Part shown: positions 7,687 through 13,512 of the stretch, piece by piece
Layout of the letters: each line of letters begins with the position of its first letter
Position numbering within the stretch: position 1 is the stretch's first letter
NCBI RefSeq assembly: GCF_039529845.1
Contig: NZ_BAAANO010000008.1
Span: forward strand, 8,404 to 32,403
Reading direction: 5' to 3'
DNA from: Brevibacterium samyangense
Lineage (GTDB): Bacteria > Actinomycetota > Actinomycetes > Actinomycetales > Brevibacteriaceae
Length of the DNA: 24,000 nt
Program-made: the position numbers and the translations under genes
The notes under the pieces: generated by a model
Seen by the model: only the letters and a program-made list of their open reading frames with translations
Database searches by the model: none
Told to the model about the DNA's origin: nothing

Positions 7687-7760
7687 GCGTTCGGGACGAC
7701 AGCCCTGAGCGTTCGGGACGACAGCCCTGAGCAGCCGGGACGACAGCCCTGAGCTCAGCG
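7678..7760. repeat. 22-bp tandem direct repeat, about 3.5 copies (CAGCCCTGAGCGTTCGGGACGA)
   Basis: Copies at 7678-7699 and 7700-7721 are identical. Copy 7722-7743 has 3 substitutions (GTT to AGC). A partial copy starts at 7744 and keeps its first 11 nt. Copy 1 contains the last two codons and the stop (CAG CCC TGA) of the XRE gene. Confidence 0.9.
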
Positions 7761-7880
7761 CTTCGTCCTCTTCGCGCCGACGGCCCACAGCACGATCCCG
7801 AGGACGACGAGGACGAGGCCGCAGAAGCCTCCGAAGACCGCGATGATGATGCCGAGTGCACCCGTGAAGATGCTGACCAC
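7755..7880 (-). CDS. Possible very small single-TM protein (about 41 aa from GTG 7880; could extend to ATG 7949)
   Basis: The translation is VVSIFTGALGIIIAVFGGFCGLVLVVLGIVLWAVGAKRTKR. About 38 of 41 third positions are G/C, and this drops upstream of 7880. The sequence is a hydrophobic helix with a basic C-terminal anchor. There is no SD or -10 support, and the rest of the 219-aa track ORF is antisense to the MetE-like gene. Confidence 0.35.
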   Translation of the reverse strand: MVSIFTGALGIIIAVFGGFCGLVLVVLGIVLWAVGAKRTKR

Positions 7881-7935
7881 CGAGTCGTGACAGCGCCGTG
7901 TGACACCGCGCACCGCATCACCGGCCGTGCATGCA

Positions 7936-7941
7936 TACGCT
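7936..7941 (+). promoter_or_regulatory. Candidate -10 hexamer TACGCT, 6 nt upstream of ATG 7948 (leaderless)
   Basis: The sequence reads gcaTACGCTggggtcATG, matching the TAnnnTGG form. Confidence 0.5.
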
Positions 7942-7947
7942 GGGGTC

Positions 7948-9066
7948 ATGACACTCACCCCTCCCTTCCGGGCCGACATCGTCGGTTCCTTCCTCCGTCC
8001 CGCACCCGTCAAAGCCGCTCGCGAGCAGCTTGCCGAGGGCACGATCGACGTTGAGGCGCTGTCCGCCGTCGAGGACGCCTCCCTCGTCGACCTCGTCGAG
8101 GCGCAGGCCGCCGCCGGCCTGCAGGTCGCCACCGACGGTGAACTGCGTCGTTCGTGGTGGCACTTCGACTTCTTCGGGATGCTCGACGGTGTCGAGATCT
8201 TCGAGACCGACCACAGCCTGCCGTTCCGGGGAGCGACGACGAAGCCGCATGCGATCCGCATCGACGGGCGGATCGGCTTCCCGGCGAACCACCCGATGGT
8301 CGGGCACTTCACCGCACTCGCCGCCGTGGCGGAGGAGAAGGGGCTCACGCCGAAGGCGTCGATCCCTTCGCCGACCGTCCTCGACTTCCGCGTCGAGGAG
8401 CCGAACATCGTCACCGACGCCTACGCCGCACGAGCGGACTACGTGGACGACCTCGTGCAGACCTACCGTGATGCGATCGCCGCGTACTACGCTGCCGGAT
8501 GCCGGTACCTCCAGTTCGACGACACCGCCTGGGCGTACCTGTGCAGCGAGACCGAACTCGAACGCGCGCGCACCGAACGCGGTATCGACACCGAGGGGCT
8601 CGGCGCACGTTACGCGGACATCCTCCGCAGGGTGCTCGAGGGAAAGCCGGAGGATCTCGTCGTCACGACCCATGTGTGCCGTGGCAACTTCCGGTCGACG
8701 TGGATCTCCTCCGGTGGGTACGAACCCGTCGCCGAGCATCTCCTCGCGATTCCCTACGACGGCTTCTTCCTCGAGTACGACAGCGAACGCGCCGGCGGTT
8801 TCGAGCCGCTGCGGTTCCTGCAGCCGGGCCACCAACGGGTCGTTCTCGGGCTCGTCACCTCGAAGTCCGGTGAACTCGAGCCGAAGGAGGAGATCCTCGC
8901 GCGGATCTCCGAGGCGACGAGGTTCGCACCGCTCGAACAGCTCGCACTCAGCCCCCAGTGCGGGTTCGCCTCCACCGAGGAGGGCAACGTCCTCACCGAG
9001 GACGAGCAGTGGGCGAAGGTCCGGCACGTCGTCGACATCGCCGGCGAGGTGTGGGGCGAGAGCTGA
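7948..9066 (+). CDS. Cobalamin-independent methionine synthase II family protein (MetE C-terminal domain-like, YxjG/YxjH-type)
   Basis: The protein starts MTLTPPFRADIVGSFLRP and contains ATDGELRRSWWHFDF, HVCRGNFRSTW, FFLEYDSERAGGFEPL and LSPQCGFAST, which carry the His/Cys/Glu/Cys metal-site pattern of the MetE-like fold. The start at 7948 is supported by the leaderless -10 element. Confidence 0.85.
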   Translation: MTLTPPFRADIVGSFLRPAPVKAAREQLAEGTIDVEALSAVEDASLVDLVEAQAAAGLQVATDGELRRSWWHFDFFGMLDGVEIFETDHSLPFRGATTKPHAIRIDGRIGFPANHPMVGHFTALAAVAEEKGLTPKASIPSPTVLDFRVEEPNIVTDAYAARADYVDDLVQTYRDAIAAYYAAGCRYLQFDDTAWAYLCSETELERARTERGIDTEGLGARYADILRRVLEGKPEDLVVTTHVCRGNFRSTWISSGGYEPVAEHLLAIPYDGFFLEYDSERAGGFEPLRFLQPGHQRVVLGLVTSKSGELEPKEEILARISEATRFAPLEQLALSPQCGFASTEEGNVLTEDEQWAKVRHVVDIAGEVWGES

Positions 9067-9122
9067 CGGGCACCGGGGTTCACCCGTGAGCGAACGTGCA
9101 CGAGGTGCCCCGGCGGACGGAA

Positions 9123-9128
9123 TAGTCT
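9123..9128 (+). promoter_or_regulatory. Candidate -10 hexamer TAGTCT (context ATAGTCTGGT) for the rhodanese-sufE operon
   Basis: It has the TAnnnTGG form. A nearly identical extended -10 precedes the PTS operon at 10792-10801. Confidence 0.4.
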
Positions 9129-9145
9129 GGTGAGCACAGCCGGAC

Positions 9146-9172
9146 CCGGGGCGCACCGCGAGTGCGCCCCGG
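9146..9172 (+). promoter_or_regulatory. GC-rich hairpin (11-bp stem) in the MetE-like/rhodanese intergenic region
   Basis: The stem ccggggcgcac / gtgcgccccgg carries the loop cgcga. It is either the terminator of the upstream MetE-like gene (no T-run follows) or a 5'-leader structure of the rhodanese mRNA if the -10 at 9123 is real. Confidence 0.5.
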
Positions 9173-9198
9173 ACACCCCTCGACGAAAGGTCTCCACG

Positions 9199-10116
9199 AT
9201 GACCACCGAACCGCATGAGGCAGCAGCACCGACCTCGGAGGAGAGGTTCGCCGCGTACGCCGCGCCCGAACGCCTCGTGAGCACCGCGTGGGTCGCCGAG
9301 CACGCGAACGATCCGGGCGTCGTCCTCGTCGAGAGCGACGAGGACGTGCTCCTCTACGAATCCGGTCACATCCCGGGTGCCGTGAAGATCGACTGGCACA
9401 CCGAGCTCAACGACCCGGTGACCCGCGATTACGTCGACGGCGAGGGATTCGCCGCGCTCATGTCGAAGAAGGGAATCTCCCGGGAATCGACCGTCGTCGT
9501 CTACGGCGACAAGTCGAACTGGTGGGCCGCGTACGCCCTCTGGGTGTTCACGCTCTTCGGCCACGAGGACGTCCGCCTCATGGACGGTGGCCGCGCGAAG
9601 TGGCAGCAGGAAGGGCGGGAGTTCACCCGCGAGCAGCCGCAGCCGGCGCCCACCGAGTACCCCGTCGTGGAACGCCGTGACGAGGAGATCCGCGCATTCC
9701 TGCCCGACGTCCTCGATCATCTCGGCAAGCCGCTCATCGACGTCCGCAGCCCGGCGGAGTACACCGGTGAACGCACGCACATGCCCGACTACCCGCAGGA
9801 GGGCGCGCTGCGCGGCGGCCATATCCCGACTGCGCAGTCGGTGCCGTGGGCGCGTGCCGCGAACGAGGACGGCACCTTCCGGTCCGCGGAGGAACTCCGT
9901 GCGATCTACGAGGGGGAGAAGGGGCTGACGCCCGGCGACGACGTCGTCGCGTACTGCCGGATCGGCGAGCGTTCGAGCCACACGTGGTTCGTCCTCAAGT
10001 ACCTCCTCGGCTACGAGAACGTGCGCAACTACGACGGTTCGTGGACGGAGTGGGGCAACGCAGTGCGCGTCCCGATCGTCAAGGGCGAAGAACCCGGTGA
10101 GGCACCCGCGAAGTGA
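9199..10116 (+). CDS. Thiosulfate/3-mercaptopyruvate sulfurtransferase (tandem rhodanese domains)
   Basis: The two-domain rhodanese layout has the active-site loop [15 protein letters not shown] (CRxGxR) in the second domain. ATG 9199 is preceded by GAAAGG. Confidence 0.9.
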   Translation: MTTEPHEAAAPTSEERFAAYAAPERLVSTAWVAEHANDPGVVLVESDEDVLLYESGHIPGAVKIDWHTELNDPVTRDYVDGEGFAALMSKKGISRESTVVVYGDKSNWWAAYALWVFTLFGHEDVRLMDGGRAKWQQEGREFTREQPQPAPTEYPVVERRDEEIRAFLPDVLDHLGKPLIDVRSPAEYTGERTHMPDYPQEGALRGGHIPTAQSVPWARAANEDGTFRSAEELRAIYEGEKGLTPGDDVVAYCRIGERSSHTWFVLKYLLGYENVRNYDGSWTEWGNAVRVPIVKGEEPGEAPAK

Positions 10117-10607
10117 GTGACGGTACCGAATTGACCGAGAACACCGCACCGAACGACAGCGACACCGCACCCCTGCCCGCCGGCCTCGCGGAGATCGCGC
10201 AGGACTTCGCTGACATGCCGGCGCACGAACGGCTCCCGCTGCTCCTCGAGTTCAGTGACGGGTTGCCGGAGCTGCCGGCCCGCTTCGCCGACCACCCGGA
10301 ACTGCTCGAACCCGTGCCCGAGTGCCAGTCGCCGATCTTCCTCCTCACCGAGATCGACGACGACGCGGCACGCACCGTGCACCTGTACTTCAGCGCGCCC
10401 CCGGAGGCCCCGACGACACGCGGTTTCGCGGGGATCCTCCACGAGGGACTCGACGGCCGGCCGGCTGCGGAGGTCCTCGCGGTTCCGGCGGACTTCCCGC
10501 TGCGTCTGTCGCTCACGGAGATCGTGAGCCCGTTGCGCCTCAACGGGATGAGCGGCATGCTCGCCCGCATCCAGCGGCAGGTGGGGGAGAAGACCAGCGG
10601 GAGCTGA
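10113..10607 (+). CDS. sufE: SufE-like sulfur acceptor protein
   Basis: It contains [11 protein letters not shown] (the conserved SufE cysteine loop) and [19 protein letters not shown] 10113 overlaps the rhodanese stop (GTGA), implying translational coupling. Confidence 0.82.
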   Translation: MSDGTELTENTAPNDSDTAPLPAGLAEIAQDFADMPAHERLPLLLEFSDGLPELPARFADHPELLEPVPECQSPIFLLTEIDDDAARTVHLYFSAPPEAPTTRGFAGILHEGLDGRPAAEVLAVPADFPLRLSLTEIVSPLRLNGMSGMLARIQRQVGEKTSGS

Positions 10608-10627
10608 GCGCGCGGGATCCGGACGCC

Positions 10628-10648
10628 CGCCGGCCGTGCTCGCCGGCG
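10628..10648 (+). terminator. Candidate terminator hairpin after sufE
   Basis: A 7-bp stem cgccggc / gccggcg carries the loop cgtgctc. The downstream sequence ctgcacgtcggttctgct is only weakly T-rich. Confidence 0.35.
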
Positions 10649-10792
10649 CTGCACGTCGGTTCTGCTCGCTCGCACGGTCCGACGAGCACGCCCCGGTATT
10701 ACGACAATTGAAATGAACGCGTGCAACTTCCGCATGACGAGACAGAGATAAACACAACTCCGAAGGCCTGTATCGACAGGTGAACGCTGACA

Positions 10793-10798
10793 TAGTGT
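10793..10798 (+). promoter_or_regulatory. Candidate -10 hexamer TAGTGT (context ATAGTGTGGT) for the PTS operon
   Basis: It has the TAnnnTGG form, 47 nt upstream of ATG 10845. It is followed by the hairpin gggcgc-agag-gcgccc (10809-10824) and the SD GAAAGG. Confidence 0.4.
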
Positions 10799-10844
10799 GG
10801 TCCCGCTCGGGCGCAGAGGCGCCCATCCGCGAAAGGTCTCCACC

Positions 10845-11693
10845 ATGTCAGTACTGAGTGATCTCCTCGGTCCTGGTTCCGTCCGTCTGGGCGTCGACGC
10901 CTCGGACTGGCGGGACGCCATCCGGGCCGCGGGCTCGCTGCTCGTCGAAGGCGGGGTCGCAGGCGACTCCTACACCGACGTCATGATCGAGAACGTCGAG
11001 AAGAACGGGCCCTACATCGTCATCGCCCCGGGCTTCGCGTTCGCCCACGCCCGCCCGGACGACTCGGTGACCCGCACCGGCATGTCGCTCGTCCGCCTCG
11101 CCGCCCCGGTCGAATTCGGTCACGAGAAGAACGATCCGGTCACCCTCGTGCTCGCCCTCGCCGCGGTCGACAACACCGCGCACCGGCAGGCCCTCGCGGC
11201 CCTCGCGAAGGTCCTCGCGAGCCCCCGCAAGAAGGCAGCGCTCGACGCCGCCGCCACACCCGAGGAGGTGCTCGCGGTGTTCGAGAGCGGCGCAGCCGCC
11301 GCTCCCGCGGAGCCCGTCACCGAGGCGCCCGCTGCCGAGGTGCCCGTCGCTGCGCAGCCGGCCGGCGCCTCGGCGACCGCCTCCTCCGACGGCCCCGTCG
11401 TCGCGGGCAAGAACTTCATCTACACCGTGTGCGGCAACGGCCTCGGCACGAGCCTGTTCCTCAAGAACACGCTCGAGCAGGTCTTCGACCGGTGGGGCTG
11501 GAGCCGTTTCATCACCGTCGAGGCGACCGACACCATCTCCGCACGCGGGAAGGCCAAGGACGCCGATTTCATCCTCACCTCAGGGGAGATCGCCCGGACG
11601 CTCGGAGACGTGGGAGTTCCCGTGGAGGTCATCGAGGACTTCACCTCCGAAGCCGAGATCGACGCGGTGCTGCGCCGACTCTACGCACTGTGA
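10845..11693 (+). CDS. PTS ascorbate-family EIIA-EIIB fusion protein
   Basis: The N-terminal PTS_EIIA_2 domain carries the phospho-His motif IVIAPGFAFAHARP. An Ala/Pro-rich linker of roughly 50 aa follows. The C-terminal UlaB/SgaB-like EIIB carries the phospho-Cys motif IYTVCGNGLGTSLFLKN. Confidence 0.85.
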   Translation: MSVLSDLLGPGSVRLGVDASDWRDAIRAAGSLLVEGGVAGDSYTDVMIENVEKNGPYIVIAPGFAFAHARPDDSVTRTGMSLVRLAAPVEFGHEKNDPVTLVLALAAVDNTAHRQALAALAKVLASPRKKAALDAAATPEEVLAVFESGAAAAPAEPVTEAPAAEVPVAAQPAGASATASSDGPVVAGKNFIYTVCGNGLGTSLFLKNTLEQVFDRWGWSRFITVEATDTISARGKAKDADFILTSGEIARTLGDVGVPVEVIEDFTSEAEIDAVLRRLYAL

Positions 11694-11726
11694 CCGGCGT
11701 GGACCGGTAGAGAAGGACTCATAGTC

Positions 11727-13316
11727 ATGAACTGGATCGTCGCGATCGCGAACTTCCTCGTCAACGAAATCCTCAGTGTCCCCGCGTTCCTCGTCGGCAT
11801 CATCTGTGCCGTCGGCCTCATCGCCCTGCGCAAGTCCGCAGGTCAGGTGATCGGTGGAGCGCTCAAGGCCGTCCTCGGCTTCCTCCTCGTGAGCGCCGGT
11901 GCCGGACTCGTCACCGCGTCCCTCGCCCCGCTCGGCGTCATGATCAACGGTGCCCTCGGCGCCCAGGGCGTCGTCCCCACGAACGAGGCGATCGTCGGGA
12001 TCGCCCAGGAGGAGTTCGGGGCCACCGCCGCCTACATCATGATCCTCGGCTTCGTCGCCGCTCTGCTCCTCGCCCGCTTCACGCCGCTGCGGTACGTGTT
12101 CCTCACCGGACACCACATCCTCTTCATGGCGACCCTCCTCACGATCGTCCTCGCGACCGCCGGGATCGCCGGTCCGCTCGTCGTCCTCATCGGCGCCGTC
12201 CTCCTCGGCATCCTCATGGTGTCGCTGCCGGCTCTCGCCCATCCGTGGACCCGCAAGATCACCGGTGACGACTCCATCGCGATCGGTCACTTCGGCACCG
12301 CCGGATACATCGCCGCCGGTTCGGTCGGTCGCCTCGTCGGCAAGGGCTCGAAGTCGACCGAGGACCTCAAGCTGCCCGAGGGTCTGCGCTTCCTCCGCGA
12401 CTCCATGGTCGCCACCGCGCTCTCGATGGTCGTCATGTACGTCGTCATCGCGCTCGTGCTCCTCGTGAGGGTCGGCCAGAACCAGGCGTTCGCCGCGTTC
12501 GTCACGGACCCGGCGACGGGTGCCGGCGCTGCGACCGGGGTCGGCGACTACCTCATGCAGGCGGTCACGATGGGTCTGCAGTTCGGCGTCGCCGTCGCGG
12601 TCATCCTCTTCGGTGTCCGCACCATCCTCGGTGAGCTCGTTCCCGCCTTCCAGGGCATCGCGGCGAAGGTCGTCCCCGGCGCCATTCCGGCCCTCGACGC
12701 CCCGATCGTCTTCCCCTACGCCCAGAACGCAGTGCTCGTCGGCTTCCTCTCGAGCTTCGTCGGCGGTGTCCTCGGCATGATGGTGCTCGTCCTCTGGGCC
12801 GGTCCCGCCTGGGGTCTCGCGATCATCCTGCCCGGCCTCGTGCCCCACTTCTTCACCGGGGGTGCCGCAGGTGTCTACGGCAATGCGACGGGTGGCCGTC
12901 GGGGCGCGGTCGTCGGTGGTTTCGTCAACGGTCTCCTCGTCACCTTCCTGCCGGCCTTCCTCATGAAGGTCCTCGGCAACGATCTCGGTGCCGCGAACAC
13001 GACCTTCGGCGACACGGACTTCGGCTGGTTCGGCATCCTCATCGGTTACGCCGCGCGAATGGGAGTCACCCTCGGCCTCGTCCTCATCCTCGTCATCGGC
13101 GTCGTGGTGCTCCTCGCCGCGATCCTCGTCCAGAAGAAGCTCGTCGACACCGGATGGGATCCCTCGCCCTCGCGGACCGCGGCGAAGGCCGGTGCGGCAG
13201 TCTCCGGTGACACGGCCCCGGCCGAGGCCCTCGCCGGCACGAGCGCGGCGAAGACCTACCCGCGGATCGCACCCCCGGCCGGCGCCCCGGTGCCGCCCCC
13301 GCCGCCGGAGAACTGA
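11727..13316 (+). CDS. PTS ascorbate-family EIIC permease (UlaA/SgaT-like)
   Basis: This polytopic membrane protein has an N-terminus MNWIVAIANFLVNEILSVPAFLVGIICAVGLIAL that resembles UlaA/SgaT. GAAGGA lies upstream of ATG 11727. There is a C-terminal Ala/Pro-rich cytoplasmic tail. Confidence 0.85.
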   Translation: MNWIVAIANFLVNEILSVPAFLVGIICAVGLIALRKSAGQVIGGALKAVLGFLLVSAGAGLVTASLAPLGVMINGALGAQGVVPTNEAIVGIAQEEFGATAAYIMILGFVAALLLARFTPLRYVFLTGHHILFMATLLTIVLATAGIAGPLVVLIGAVLLGILMVSLPALAHPWTRKITGDDSIAIGHFGTAGYIAAGSVGRLVGKGSKSTEDLKLPEGLRFLRDSMVATALSMVVMYVVIALVLLVRVGQNQAFAAFVTDPATGAGAATGVGDYLMQAVTMGLQFGVAVAVILFGVRTILGELVPAFQGIAAKVVPGAIPALDAPIVFPYAQNAVLVGFLSSFVGGVLGMMVLVLWAGPAWGLAIILPGLVPHFFTGGAAGVYGNATGGRRGAVVGGFVNGLLVTFLPAFLMKVLGNDLGAANTTFGDTDFGWFGILIGYAARMGVTLGLVLILVIGVVVLLAAILVQKKLVDTGWDPSPSRTAAKAGAAVSGDTAPAEALAGTSAAKTYPRIAPPAGAPVPPPPPEN

Positions 13317-13340
13317 GCCCCACCTCCTGCCGCATCACAC

Positions 13341-13384
13341 CGCCGAGGCGCCGGTTCCCTTCCGAGGGAGCCGGCGCCTCGGCG
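13341..13384 (+). terminator. Strong intrinsic terminator-like hairpin after the PTS operon
   Basis: A 20-bp stem (cgccgaggcgccggttccct / agggagccggcgcctcggcg, with one G-U pair) carries the tetraloop tccg and is followed by cttctcg. A second 7-bp hairpin, gaggccc-cgcttc-gggcctc, lies at 13425-13444. Confidence 0.7.
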
Positions 13385-13472
13385 CTTCTCGTACCGTGGC
13401 GCGGGTACCAGGGCGGTGCTCGTCGAGGCCCCGCTTCGGGCCTCTTCCGGCCCGCTCGGGGGAGTACTGGGA

Positions 13473-13478
13473 TAGCGT
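13473..13478 (+). promoter_or_regulatory. Candidate -10 hexamer TAGCGT (context ATAGCGTGGG) for the BCCT gene
   Basis: It has the TAnnnTGG form, 35 nt upstream of ATG 13513. The leader contains AGGAG 6 nt before the ATG. Confidence 0.4.
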
Positions 13479-13512
13479 GGGGAGGTCCGGCACGCACGAA
13501 CAGGAGCGATCC

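Noticed and set aside
7400-7708. A 102-aa ORF overlapping the XRE gene in another frame and reading through the first repeat copies.
   Set aside because: Its GC3 is lower than that of the XRE frame. The translation is Arg/Ser/Pro-rich with no motif, and the HTH motif is unambiguous in the 7369 frame.
7678-7760. The 22-bp repeat array as a CRISPR array or plasmid-type iteron origin.
   Set aside because: The copies are directly tandem with no spacers, so it is not a CRISPR array. There is no rep gene, DnaA-box cluster or AT-rich unwinding region nearby, so an origin is unlikely. It is retained only as a tandem repeat or possible binding array.
7918-10170. A 750-aa uninterrupted ORF on the minus strand spanning the MetE-like, rhodanese and sufE loci.
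   Set aside because: It is antisense to three well-supported genes with clear family motifs. Its translation is Arg/Ala/Gly/Val/Asp-rich low-information sequence, and its codon positions mirror the sense genes' GC3. Long stop-free antisense frames are expected in roughly 70% GC DNA.
10699-10710. The 12-mer TTACGACAATTG, which recurs as TTACGACAACTG at 17595-17606 in the other AT-richer regulatory region.
   Set aside because: By my rough estimate, an 11-of-12 match between two sites in a 24-kb window on either strand is expected many times by chance. It has no positional correspondence to promoters or starts.
11580-12848. A 422-aa Asp/Glu/Gly/Arg-rich ORF antisense to the PTS IIC gene.
   Set aside because: This is the mirror frame of a strongly hydrophobic, GC3-biased membrane gene. 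It has no start signals or recognisable domain.
12988-13512. A 175-codon N-terminal extension of the BCCT ORF in the track (854 aa total).
   Set aside because: The extension overlaps the PTS IIC coding region in another frame. It crosses the strong terminator at 13341-13384 and the candidate promoter. ATG 13513 has an AGGAG SD, and the homologous BCCT region starts after it.
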